A DNA stretch of 63,317 bases, filler included, from 5 parts of 5 records of this genome joined end to end with filler, not necessarily neighbours in it, one strand, 5' to 3'. Counted from the whole stretch's first letter, positions 51,559 to 61,462 are shown. Made by a program: numbers and translations. The notes: generated by a model from the sequence alone, not told the origin.

Positions 51559-52502
51559 ACGCGCTGTTTTCCTAATAGTTGTTGTTCATAATACGTGATG
51601 GTCTCCATGAGCGCCCTATCCAATTCATAGATGGCGTTATAGCCCAAATTGGCAAAACGGGTCACATTGGCCCTGGAATGTTTGACGTCCCCTGCCCGTT
51701 CGTTCTCGAAAACTATCCGGGAACGCGAACCGGTAATGGAGATGATCTGTTGTGCCAGTTCCAATATAGAGGTACTTTGCCCCAGGGCCACATTGTACAT
51801 TTCCGTTCCCTGTTCCATGGCGAAAAGATTGGCCCCCACGATATCCTTGACATAGATAAAATCCCGTGTCTGATGACCATCCCCATAGATGACCAAGGGT
51901 TGGTCCGTCAATGCTTGTCGTATAAATATGGGAACTGCCGCCGCATAACTCGAGGAGGGGTTTTGACGTGGTCCAAACACATTGAAATAGCGCAAGGAAG
52001 TGGTCGGAACCCCCCACTGCTCCCGATACATCCGAAGGTAATATTCGCCATCCAATTTGGTCACGGCATAAGGGGTCATCGGTTCAGGGGCCATCCCTTC
52101 CTGTTTGAGCAGGGTCGGGTTGTTGCCATAAATGGCGGCCGAACTGGAAAGAACGACCTTACAGCCCTTGTTTTTTTTGGCAGCCTCCAGAATGTTCAGG
52201 GTCCCCTGAACATTTATAGCAAGACATTCTTCGATGCGTTCGAGGGATTCTGGGACACTCACCAAGGCCGCCAAATGAAAGATTCCCTTGGCACCATCAG
52301 CCAATGCGACCATGGTATCCCTGTCCCTGATATCGGCCTCTACGAATTCCACCGCCAAGTGTTCGATATTGGCCGGGAAACCTGTTCTCAAATTATCCAC
52401 CACGATGACCTTGTGCCCTTGCGAAGCCAAGCATTCAGCTATATGGCCACCAATAAAACCGGCGCCGCCCGTTACTACATATTTATCCATTCCATCACAC
52501 AT
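51555..52502 (-). CDS. NAD-dependent nucleotide-sugar epimerase (UDP-HexNAc 4-epimerase-like)
   Basis: TGGAGFIG, HLAALVSVPES, SSAAIYG, YAVTK, LRYFNVFGPRQNP, GDGHQTRDF. Confidence 0.88.
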   Translation of the reverse strand: MCDGMDKYVVTGGAGFIGGHIAECLASQGHKVIVVDNLRTGFPANIEHLAVEFVEADIRDRDTMVALADGAKGIFHLAALVSVPESLERIEECLAINVQGTLNILEAAKKNKGCKVVLSSSAAIYGNNPTLLKQEGMAPEPMTPYAVTKLDGEYYLRMYREQWGVPTTSLRYFNVFGPRQNPSSSYAAAVPIFIRQALTDQPLVIYGDGHQTRDFIYVKDIVGANLFAMEQGTEMYNVALGQSTSILELAQQIISITGSRSRIVFENERAGDVKHSRANVTRFANLGYNAIYELDRALMETITYYEQQLLGKQRV

Positions 52503-53384
52503 TTAGGCCCAATCCAGCACACTGTAATGCGCTTCCAGGTACTTTTTCACATCAACAATATCATCTTTGGCCGTTAGATCGGGAACGTGCTCCGAGAATG
52601 GCACCCCTATGGCGGATCGGGGGAACTCCCCCAACATGTTCAAAAAAGCGGTAGGGAGCTCCTTCTCATCACGCTCGGGATGGACGGGGCAATTCTTAAG
52701 ATAGGGATACATTTTTTCGCCATCAAAGGTGAACGCATTCATGCTCACTCGAAGTTTCCCCCATTGGTCCCTGTAGGCGTCCACTTGATCTGCCTTGGGC
52801 TTTTCTATAATATCCAGTAGATAACCCTCGTCATCCAATTTGGCCAGGGCAAAGCGTGAAATACGTTCTTCCGGGAAATCCATCGCACTACGATCATACG
52901 CGATGAACGCGTTAGGGACCTCCGTGACCCGCAGCGCACGAAAAGCTTCCACTGAATATAGATTATCACTGTTACAGACGGAAAAACGCTGCTCTTGCAA
53001 CTCGGGGTACTGGGTTACGGCCTGATACAGAGCATCTGCGGTACCGTAGGGTTTGATCCTGCCATCAGGTACAAATTGCACGGCAAAGTTGATTTCCAAA
53101 CCATGGAAATGATTGCCCGCACTTTGGGATCCATAAAAGTCTTGGAACAATTGGCCGTTTTCGCCCACAACGATATAAATATTGGTAAAACCGGCCGCTT
53201 TGGCATTATACAATACATAATCCAACATGGGCCGGCCTTGCTTGTCCACCCCAATAAGTCCTTTGCTACGTTCATTGGCCTGCTTGATATCCTCTTCGCT
53301 CAAACCATCTGAACGTGTGGCCTCTTTTTTCATTCTGGAGGAGGCTCCCCCAGCCAAGATCACTAAACTTGAAATTGCCTTCAT
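52503..53384 (-). CDS. Sugar-phosphate nucleotidyltransferase
   Basis: LAGGASSRMK, KPYGTADA, NSDNLY, IIEKP, EKELP. Confidence 0.85.
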   Translation of the reverse strand: MKAISSLVILAGGASSRMKKEATRSDGLSEEDIKQANERSKGLIGVDKQGRPMLDYVLYNAKAAGFTNIYIVVGENGQLFQDFYGSQSAGNHFHGLEINFAVQFVPDGRIKPYGTADALYQAVTQYPELQEQRFSVCNSDNLYSVEAFRALRVTEVPNAFIAYDRSAMDFPEERISRFALAKLDDEGYLLDIIEKPKADQVDAYRDQWGKLRVSMNAFTFDGEKMYPYLKNCPVHPERDEKELPTAFLNMLGEFPRSAIGVPFSEHVPDLTAKDDIVDVKKYLEAHYSVLDWA

Positions 53385-54511
53385 TTTGATTTATTTTGAT
53401 TAGCTGTTACGACATGGGTTCCCGGGTCGACATGGACCGCATACGCATCCCTGGCCCCGGCTTGCATCAATGCGTCGATGATCTTTTGCTGTTCGCCCGC
53501 TTTGGAAAGGACAACGATGCTCCCCCCCCTTCCCGAACCAACAATTTTGGCACCTAGGGCACCTGCAGCGTTGGCACTATCCACCATACGATCGATCAAG
53601 GGCAGGGTTATTTCCAAATAGTCCTTGAGAATATGGTGGTGCTCGTTCATTAGTTTTCCAATATGTTCCAGGTCGATTTTCGGTTTCCTGAATGCTTGCA
53701 AGGCCCTTTGGGTGATATCATGATTGCGCACGGCTGCCTCAAAATATACCCGTAGCCCGTCGTTCACATAAGGAACATATTGGGGAAAGTCTTGGATACT
53801 AAGTCCCTTGATATCAAACCCGGGAACTTTTTCCTTGACCCTATGGATGGCCAATAAAGCCTTTTCCTTCAATTCGCCCAGCACCCCTGTGGTCTCCTTG
53901 GGAATACCGGATTCCGCAACGATCAGACCGGGTATGTCCAGATCAAAGACCTCATAGCTCAAATCGTCGCCCGTCTCCAAATAGATGACATTGCCGAGCC
54001 CTATACTATACTGGTCCATTTTGCCTCCTGGAAAACCATGAAAGGCCACCTCTGCCTCATAGGCGATCCTGGAAATAAATTCCTTATCGATAGTGGCACT
54101 GCATCCATATGCCGTCACCAAAAATTGGATCCATGAAACGATTACGGCACTGGAACTGGAGGTACCTGCATTGATGGCAATATTACCGGTAATGGTGATA
54201 TCATAACCCTGATTGGGAACACATCCATAGTGCTCCAAGATATCCATGGCGGCCAAAAAATAATCCCCTCTTGGCACCGGGCCCTTTCTATCGATGTCGA
54301 TATATCGATGTCCTCCGATATCCGGAGTATCCACGAACAATCTTTTTTCACCATTCGGCTTGGCCCTTAAGGTAATGTGCCGATCAATGGCACAGGCAAT
54401 TACAGGCAATTCCAAATAATCTTGGTGGTCGCCGAACAAACAGGTTCTCCCAGGGGATTTCACAACGATTTCCCCGGTATCCAAAAACGGAACTATTGAA
54501 TTATCTATCAC
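53381..54511 (-). CDS. GHMP-family anomeric sugar kinase (galactokinase/GalNAc kinase-like)
   Basis: SPGRTCLFGDHQDY, NAGTSSSSA, GKMDQ, GAKIVGSGRGG. Confidence 0.88.
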   Translation of the reverse strand: MIDNSIVPFLDTGEIVVKSPGRTCLFGDHQDYLELPVIACAIDRHITLRAKPNGEKRLFVDTPDIGGHRYIDIDRKGPVPRGDYFLAAMDILEHYGCVPNQGYDITITGNIAINAGTSSSSAVIVSWIQFLVTAYGCSATIDKEFISRIAYEAEVAFHGFPGGKMDQYSIGLGNVIYLETGDDLSYEVFDLDIPGLIVAESGIPKETTGVLGELKEKALLAIHRVKEKVPGFDIKGLSIQDFPQYVPYVNDGLRVYFEAAVRNHDITQRALQAFRKPKIDLEHIGKLMNEHHHILKDYLEITLPLIDRMVDSANAAGALGAKIVGSGRGGSIVVLSKAGEQQKIIDALMQAGARDAYAVHVDPGTHVVTANQNKSK

Positions 54512-54581
54512 TTACTTACCATATTAAATACATAGGAACCACGATAGATTCCTTTCAATTCTGGTGCAATATATAAAAAAA

Positions 54582-54648
54582 TGTGTACGTACACACTAAA
54601 TTAGTGTTATCGTTAACACGAATAGATTTCCATTTTTGGATATATTTG
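54582..54648. promoter_or_regulatory. Divergent kinase-operon/lacI control region with LacI-type operators
   Basis: TGTGTACGTACACA at 54582-54595, GTGTTATCGTTAACAC at 54604-54619, TATATTTG -7 box at 54641-54648. Confidence 0.72.
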
Positions 54649-54654
54649 TCCGTC

Positions 54655-55683
54655 ATGAAGAAAAAAATCACCATTAAGGACATTGCCAAAGTGGCCAATG
54701 TATCCATAGGCACTGTGGACAGGGTCATACACAAAAGGGGGAAAGTTTCAGAAAAAGCACTTCTTAAAGTCAATGCGGCCCTTGAGGAGCTGAACTATAA
54801 GGCCAACCCCTTGGCACGTTCCTTAAAAAACAATGTGATTTATACCATTGCCATCTTGATTCCCGATCCCGAAAAAGATCTGTACTGGCTTCCTTGTCGA
54901 AAAGGTATTGAAGAGGTCATTTCGGAATATGAAGCCTTTGATGTGGATATCTCGGTACATTTTTTTGACCCTTCAAAACCCACGTCCTTTGTCCAAAAGG
55001 GCATGGAACTTATCGCTATGTGCCCCAATGCCTTTTTGTTCGTACCGTTGTTCGAACGGGAGAGCGACCGGCTCCTGGAAGCGCTGAACCAACGGGATAT
55101 CATCAAGGCCACCTTTAACAGTCTACCCCGAAACCATGTGGACCAACATGTTGGGCAGGACCTTTATCTAAGTGGCCGGGTCGGCGCCAAGCTTATTTAT
55201 GACTTTGTACGGCCCGCTTCAAAAATCGCCATTATCCATATTGACGAGGCGTTCAACAATGCCATCCATATGCAACAAAAAGAAGAAGGCTTCAAGTCAT
55301 TTTTTAAGGAAATGTCCCCTGGACATGAGATCCACACCAAAATTGTGGATACCGAACAAATACGGCAGACCTTATCCGACTTCATTCAGGAAAACCAGAT
55401 CACGATGTTCTTTGTGACCACCTCAAAGACCTACGAGGTAGCACGTACCTTGGAATCCTTGGACATGGCAGGTACCATTGTCGGTTATGACCTACTCCCG
55501 GAAAACCTCAGCTATTTAAAAAAGGGAAGGATACAGTTCCTGATCCATCAAGCACCGGGGCTTCAAGCTTCTTTATCTTTAAAAAGTTTGGTAGAAAAGC
55601 TCCTATTCGATAAAGAATCACCCAAAAAGCAATTATTGCCCATTGAGATCATCAATTCGGAAAATGTCGAGAGCTATCCGTAG
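54655..55683 (+). CDS. LacI-family transcriptional regulator
   Basis: TIKDIAKVANVSIGTVDRV HTH, Y-x-x-N-x-x-ARSL hinge, periplasmic-binding-like C-domain; ATG at 54655. Confidence 0.93.
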   Translation: MKKKITIKDIAKVANVSIGTVDRVIHKRGKVSEKALLKVNAALEELNYKANPLARSLKNNVIYTIAILIPDPEKDLYWLPCRKGIEEVISEYEAFDVDISVHFFDPSKPTSFVQKGMELIAMCPNAFLFVPLFERESDRLLEALNQRDIIKATFNSLPRNHVDQHVGQDLYLSGRVGAKLIYDFVRPASKIAIIHIDEAFNNAIHMQQKEEGFKSFFKEMSPGHEIHTKIVDTEQIRQTLSDFIQENQITMFFVTTSKTYEVARTLESLDMAGTIVGYDLLPENLSYLKKGRIQFLIHQAPGLQASLSLKSLVEKLLFDKESPKKQLLPIEIINSENVESYP

Positions 55684-55690
55684 GTCCCTG

Positions 55691-56317
55691 TCAGCCTAGT
55701 ATCAATTTCCCAAAAGCGGACTTTACATGAAAATCCGGGGTATCGGTCCCAGGGTCCACCCAAGTAATCCAATTAAAGCTGGGCGCTTCTCCGTTTCCGG
55801 TTCCAAGCCGCTGGCAATCTCCCCTGAAAATCCCTGCATTCAAATTCCCGTCTTTTAAAATACCCAGATCGGCCAAAGATTTTAAACTGATCTTTGCCTC
55901 TACCAGATAGCCATCCTCATGGACCTCGGCCCGAACGGACAATTCTTCCTGAGGCCAACACCAGGTATAGTCAAAATCCCTATAAAACGAGGCCCTGTAA
56001 TCCAAGATCCTACCAAGAGGGTCCAACTCCAGACAATAATAACGTTCCAAGTCCTCATCGGTCCTAAAAAAGATCTCTATCCTGTCCGAATCGGCAACAT
56101 CGAGTTTATGGTCCCTATCAGTGGAAACCAAAATTTCCCTATCCTTGACATCATACCTCAGGTATAGCCAATCCTCATCGTACAATGCCCTAAATAATGT
56201 ACGCTGTACAGCAGTGTCCGTCCAAGGTTGGATAAAATCTTTAAGGGTATCCGCCCTACTCCAGGCATCATTATCAAAGTCCTGCCCTGATAAGGACCTC
56301 ACCTGATACGTTTTCAT
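55691..56317 (-). CDS. CBM9-like (DOMON-like) sugar-binding domain protein
   Basis: ALYDEDWLYLRYDVKD, DRIEIF, YYCLELDPLG, PDFH motifs. Confidence 0.72.
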   Translation of the reverse strand: MKTYQVRSLSGQDFDNDAWSRADTLKDFIQPWTDTAVQRTLFRALYDEDWLYLRYDVKDREILVSTDRDHKLDVADSDRIEIFFRTDEDLERYYCLELDPLGRILDYRASFYRDFDYTWCWPQEELSVRAEVHEDGYLVEAKISLKSLADLGILKDGNLNAGIFRGDCQRLGTGNGEAPSFNWITWVDPGTDTPDFHVKSAFGKLILG

Positions 56318-56539
56318 GTTTTTTTGCTTTTATTGGGAGAAAAATGACCAGAGATATGTCGGTCAACCCCACTTTTTAATGAGATTACTAAATTAATAAA
56401 GGACATGGATTTCCTATTATAGATTGTCCATTTTATTTCACTGTTCTTTCTTTCAAATAAAAAAGCACAAGAAAACCATTAATAAGAAAATTGAAAATTA
56501 AGCTTTTCAATGGTCTATAACATTAGACAGGAATACTTT

Positions 56540-56756
56540 AAATATGCCAATGAGGGACAGCATGAAAAAAGCAATTGATATCTTAAAGTTTATTGTCCAG
56601 GCTTGTTCCAATCAATGGTATCCCTACAGTATTCTTGCAGAATTTCAATTACAGGCCGGGCAGAAGGATGAAGCCATCAAGAACTACAAAAAAAGTTTGG
56701 AACTGAATCCAAATAATGAGCAAACCATTCAACAACTGCAAAAATTGGAACATTAG
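56540..56756 (+). pseudogene. TPR-repeat C-terminal gene fragment with apparent +1 frameshift
   Basis: KYANEGQHEK then a shift in the A6 run (56565-56570) to AIDILKF...EAIKNYKKSLELNPNN. Confidence 0.55.
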
Positions 56757-56910
56757 CAATAAAGGAAAACCTTTCTCTAAACCAATTTAATAAATCGCGA
56801 CGCCTAAAAGATTATTTGATAACTTGTAAGAGAATTATCTAACACTGATCTAATGGCCATTAACTATAACAAATGGAACGTTCTTATGGGTTGGGGAGTG
56901 TTCCTTCTCA

Positions 56911-57010
56911 NNNNNNNNNNNNNNNNNNNNNNNNNNNNNNNNNNNNNNNNNNNNTTAATTAATTAANNNNNNNNNNNNNNNNNNNNNNNNNNNNNNNNNN
57001 NNNNNNNNNN
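56911..57010. other. Artificial contig linker
   Basis: N44-TTAATTAATTAA-N44. Confidence 0.98.
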
Positions 57011-59143
57011 CCGGTTTTCATCTATAGCCGCAAAGACATCGACATGGCCGGCGTGGCCTCCGTGCCTCAGTTCATTCAGACCCTGCCGCAGAACTTCGGA
57101 GGCGGACTTTCAGAGAGCACGTCGGGCCTGAGCGCGGAAAACAATGCAGACCTCAATCTCAATTCTGGATCGGGCATCAACCTGCGCGGCCTCGGGAACG
57201 ATTCAACCTTGGTGTTGCTGAACGGACGCCGGCTTGCGCCCGCTGGCCTTGGCAATTTTGTCGATGTGTCGATGGTCCCGCTGTCGGCGATCAACCGGGT
57301 CGAGGTTCTGACCGACGGGGCCTCGGCACTCTATGGCTCCGACGCCGTGGGCGGGGTGGTGAATTTCATCTTGCGGGAAGATTATGACGGTGCGGAAACC
57401 CGCCTGCGCTACGGCACCGCGACATCGGGGGATCTGGACGATATTCAGTTGGGTCAGACGTTCGGCACCGTGTGGGATGACGGCCATGCGCTGATATCCT
57501 ACGAATTTCAGACACGCGATCCACTTGATGCCGCCGACCGCAGTTTCTCGCAAGACGCACGTCCGCTCCATCAATTGTTACCCAAACAGAAACGGCATAG
57601 CGCCTTTCTGACGGTCGGACAGAATCTCAGCGATACCGTCATGGTTTTTGCCGATGGTTTCTTCAGCGTGCGCGACAGCAGACAGATCCGCACGAGCAGT
57701 TTCTCGCCTGCCAATTTTGACATCAGTGAAACAGAGCAATATGGCGGCACTCTCGGATCGACAATTGACCTGTCCCACGACTGGCAGGCTGAGCTTGTCG
57801 CTTCGCTCAATCAAAGCCGGACCACGCAAGAAAATAAGCTGCTGGACGAAACCGAACTTGCGGCTCCTCGCATCCGGAAGTCCGGCACCTGGTCCATTGA
57901 CGGCAAGGCCGACGGTGCTCTCTTTCGCCTCTCTGGCGGCAATGTCAAATTGGCGGCTGGTGGCCACTTTCGCCGTGACACCTATACCAATAGCGACGAC
58001 CTGAAGTTTAATCGGGATGTTTTCGCAGCCTTTGGTGAAATTTTCGCACCGTTCGTCAGTGAGGAGAACAGAGCCCCTGGCATCGAACGACTGGAGCTGA
58101 CCATCGCCGCGCGCTATGAACATTACAGCGATTTCGGGTCGAGCGTTGACCCCAAGTTTGGGCTCTTGTGGTCGCCCATCGAAGGGCTCAGCCTTCGAGG
58201 TACATGGGGTACCGCCTTCAGGGCACCGCTGTTCAGGGAACTGGACGAAAGCAGCGTGCAGGGTTTCCTGTTTGGTGACGTTCCAAACCCGGCCTCTCCG
58301 AACGGCAGCACCCTTCTCGCGCTGGCCCTCGGCGGCAATGCCGACCTGAAACCGGAAACGGCCACCACTTGGACGGCCGGGATTGGCTTCCAGCCCGTTG
58401 GGGTGCCGGGCCTCAGCCTCGACGTCACCTATTTTGACATCACCTACAAGAACCGGATTTCGTCGGTCATTGCCCTTTTCGATGTGTTTATCAATCCCCG
58501 CTTTGCATCCCTGCTCGATTTCGATCCCGACCCGGCCTTTCTCGCGCTTTTGGGCTCGCTGCCGACGTCCGGGAATTTTGCGCCGGGGTTTTCCTTCACG
58601 GATGCAGAGGTGTTGGCGGACGAGCGGGAGAGCAATCAGGCGAGCACCAAGGTCAGTGGCCTCGATTTTTCGGGTTCCTATAGGATTGACAGCGACGTAG
58701 GAGCCTGGACCTTCACTGTTGGCGGCACGTACCTGTTCAAAAATCTGGAGCAACTGCTTGAGAGCGAAGAAGCCGCTGACGTTCTGAATACGGTTGGGCG
58801 ACCGGTCGACTTGAAGCTGCGGGGCGGCATCTCATGGGGATATCAGGATTTCTCGACAAATCTGGTGATCAACTATGTCGATAGCTATCGCGACACTCGT
58901 GCCACCCCCGTTGCGGGTGTGGGGTCCTGGACAACCGCGGACCTGATTGTCAGCTATAACACAGGCGACCACACCGACAGCGCCTGGCTCAGAAACACCG
59001 TTTTTTCCGTGAGCGCCCTGAACCTGTTCGACCAGGACCCGCCCTTTGTAACCAGCAACTTTGGCCACAATATCAACTATGACCCCAACAACGCCAGCCC
59101 GGTTGGCCGGACGGTCTCTTTCCAGATTACCAAACAATGGTGA
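57011..59143 (+). CDS. TonB-dependent receptor (5' truncated), lasso-cluster associated (AtxF-like)
   Basis: Frame open from the contig edge; plug NLRGLG...TLVLLNGRR, RVEVLTDGASALYGSDAVGGVVNFIL; GNADLKPE; NLFDQDPP; terminal Trp. Confidence 0.93.
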   Translation, partial: PVFIYSRKDIDMAGVASVPQFIQTLPQNFGGGLSESTSGLSAENNADLNLNSGSGINLRGLGNDSTLVLLNGRRLAPAGLGNFVDVSMVPLSAINRVEVLTDGASALYGSDAVGGVVNFILREDYDGAETRLRYGTATSGDLDDIQLGQTFGTVWDDGHALISYEFQTRDPLDAADRSFSQDARPLHQLLPKQKRHSAFLTVGQNLSDTVMVFADGFFSVRDSRQIRTSSFSPANFDISETEQYGGTLGSTIDLSHDWQAELVASLNQSRTTQENKLLDETELAAPRIRKSGTWSIDGKADGALFRLSGGNVKLAAGGHFRRDTYTNSDDLKFNRDVFAAFGEIFAPFVSEENRAPGIERLELTIAARYEHYSDFGSSVDPKFGLLWSPIEGLSLRGTWGTAFRAPLFRELDESSVQGFLFGDVPNPASPNGSTLLALALGGNADLKPETATTWTAGIGFQPVGVPGLSLDVTYFDITYKNRISSVIALFDVFINPRFASLLDFDPDPAFLALLGSLPTSGNFAPGFSFTDAEVLADERESNQASTKVSGLDFSGSYRIDSDVGAWTFTVGGTYLFKNLEQLLESEEAADVLNTVGRPVDLKLRGGISWGYQDFSTNLVINYVDSYRDTRATPVAGVGSWTTADLIVSYNTGDHTDSAWLRNTVFSVSALNLFDQDPPFVTSNFGHNINYDPNNASPVGRTVSFQITKQW

Positions 59144-59266
59144 CGGCCTGAACTGTTTCGGCCGAGGCAGGTCTGTTCTGATCGTTCGAGCAAGTCGAAC
59201 GATCAGGGCCGACAAATCTGGGAATTCCACAAATATAGCCGGGACACAGGCTTAAGGGTGTGAAGA

Positions 59267-61462
59267 ATGCTACTGACAACAAATATGCTCTCCAAATATG
59301 CGCTTCTGGCAACATCGATGATGTTAATATTCTGGCTATTGCCCGGCGCCTCTGCTGCATCCGACGCCAAACGGGGCATAACCGCGGATGACTTGTTGGC
59401 CATCCGTGACATCAAAACCGTCGCAATATCGCCGGACGGCAACCATGTGGCCTTTCAGGTTTTTCAGGCCATCAGAGACCGGAATGACTATGACATCGGT
59501 TGGTATGTGGCGCCGATCACCTCAAACGCAGAGCCCATGCGCGTGGCCGATGGCGGCGATGCGGTTCTGCCGCCCTATCAAAATGGCCTCCGCGTAGGGG
59601 AGTTCTATGGCGACGACGCCGTATGGTCGCCCGATAGCCGGTCGTTTGCCTATACGCTCAAGAAAAACGGCGAGGTGCAGATATGGCGCAGCCAGTTTGA
59701 CCGGAGCGGCCAAGAGCAGTTGACCCACAATGCCGGAAACGTCGAGGGCCCGAAATATTCCGAGGACGGCTCACAGCTATTTTTTGCCGTGGGCCGGGAC
59801 CGGTCCGATATCGAGCACGCCAACCAACGAGACGCAGCCCGAGGCTATCTGGTGCAGGAGCCGGGTGTTTTCGACATTGAACAGGGGCCGCTGTGGCCGT
59901 CCTGCTCTGATGGACAGACAAGGCAGCGTTCAGAGATAAATGAGCGTCGGTTCTGCCGGTTGACGGTCTGGGTGCTCGACATCCAGACGGGTGTTGAACG
60001 CAAGGCAGACGCTGGTGAAACCAAGGCCTATTTTGCCGCACCGGATATGTCGTCGCATGCCCGCTTCGAACGAGGGAAACTGAAAGACCAGGTCAGAATT
60101 ATGGAAACGGCGTCACCAGACGGGATGCGCTCGACCTGGTTTGAGAATGAAGATCCGGCCATCTACACCGGCTATTATCCGCCGATGCGGGTGGCGGCCT
60201 CGGTCGGCAAAAAAATCTTTCACTGCCCAGCCGATGCCTGCCTGAGCACACGCCCCGAAAAATTATGGTGGCGTGTCGATGGCGCGGAAGTGATCTTCCT
60301 CGTTCGCAACGGCCCGCGTGAAACCTTGACCTCTCTCTATGGCTGGACCCCGGGCGACAACCATGTGCGAACGATCCTGAGCAGTGACGATACGCTCCAG
60401 CACTGTTCCATGGCCGGAGACCGCTTGATCTGCGGTCATGAAAGCTGGACGTCGCCCCTGAAAATTGTATCGGTCGACCTGCATGACGGCGCCATCACTA
60501 CCATCGCCGACATGAACCCGGAATTCAGGAATTTCAGCTTCACGAAGGTCGAAAAAATCCTCGGCGAGGACGCTTACGGCAACCCGGCTCATGCCCATCT
60601 GGTGTATCCCAAGGGCTATGGAGAAGGTCGGCGCTATCCGCTCATGATCGTCCAGTACCGGTCGCGCGGCTTTCTGAGGGGCGGGGTTGGCGACGAGGTG
60701 CCCATTCATTGGCTGGCACAGAATGGATTTGCGGTGCTCAGTTTCGATACACCCGAAGGAGACTATTACACAAGAACGCCCGATCCGCTGGAGATGCAGA
60801 TAAAATACCTGAAATATGTCGTAATCGAGCGTGGGCCGGCGACGGCGATTGAGCGCATGGTCGACAAGCTGGTAAGCCACGGTATTGTCGACCCGGCACG
60901 TGTGGCGATCACCGGATTAAGCCATGGCGCCTCCACGCTTGACAGTGCGCTCCTGGGCCGGAATTACGCGGCAGCCATAACGGCGGGTACGAGTATCAGC
61001 GCTCCCCCGAACACCAAAGTATCCGCATCCTCTTTCTGGGGCAAGAGCATGGACGGCGCTTTTGGCGGCTCCCCCTTCAGCAAGACGGGGTTCGAGACCA
61101 GGGCCAAATATTCGGTGGGGGTTCAGGCTTTCAGGATTGACACACCTGTCCTTTTTCAGGTTGCCGACCGAGAGTATTATAATGTCCTGCAGAATTATCA
61201 GGCCCTCCGGGACGCAGGCAAACCGGTCGAGATGTTTATTTATCCCGACGAATATCATGTCAAATGGCAACCGGCCCACAGATCTCGGGTTTATATACGT
61301 AACATAGATTGGCTGAATTTCTGGCTTCGGGACACTGAAGACGAGGATCCCGCCAAAGCCGCACAATATGAACGCTGGCGCAGCCTGAAGGCACAGCATC
61401 AAGCCAATCTGTTGAAATTGCGTGAGGGTGGTGGTGTCAAGGATGACAAACATTGGCCATGA
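59267..61462 (+). CDS. AtxE2-family lasso peptide isopeptidase (S9 prolyl-oligopeptidase fold), secreted
   Basis: Signal peptide, propeller WSPD repeats, QYRSRGFLRGGVGDE, GLSHG nucleophile, ADREY, DEYHVKWQPAHR...NIDWLNFWL, AAQYERW. Confidence 0.88.
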   Translation: MLLTTNMLSKYALLATSMMLIFWLLPGASAASDAKRGITADDLLAIRDIKTVAISPDGNHVAFQVFQAIRDRNDYDIGWYVAPITSNAEPMRVADGGDAVLPPYQNGLRVGEFYGDDAVWSPDSRSFAYTLKKNGEVQIWRSQFDRSGQEQLTHNAGNVEGPKYSEDGSQLFFAVGRDRSDIEHANQRDAARGYLVQEPGVFDIEQGPLWPSCSDGQTRQRSEINERRFCRLTVWVLDIQTGVERKADAGETKAYFAAPDMSSHARFERGKLKDQVRIMETASPDGMRSTWFENEDPAIYTGYYPPMRVAASVGKKIFHCPADACLSTRPEKLWWRVDGAEVIFLVRNGPRETLTSLYGWTPGDNHVRTILSSDDTLQHCSMAGDRLICGHESWTSPLKIVSVDLHDGAITTIADMNPEFRNFSFTKVEKILGEDAYGNPAHAHLVYPKGYGEGRRYPLMIVQYRSRGFLRGGVGDEVPIHWLAQNGFAVLSFDTPEGDYYTRTPDPLEMQIKYLKYVVIERGPATAIERMVDKLVSHGIVDPARVAITGLSHGASTLDSALLGRNYAAAITAGTSISAPPNTKVSASSFWGKSMDGAFGGSPFSKTGFETRAKYSVGVQAFRIDTPVLFQVADREYYNVLQNYQALRDAGKPVEMFIYPDEYHVKWQPAHRSRVYIRNIDWLNFWLRDTEDEDPAKAAQYERWRSLKAQHQANLLKLREGGGVKDDKHWP

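Noticed and set aside
55691-59143. Functional link between the PUL and the downstream TonB receptor
   Set aside because: Separated by an artificial linker; different organisms.
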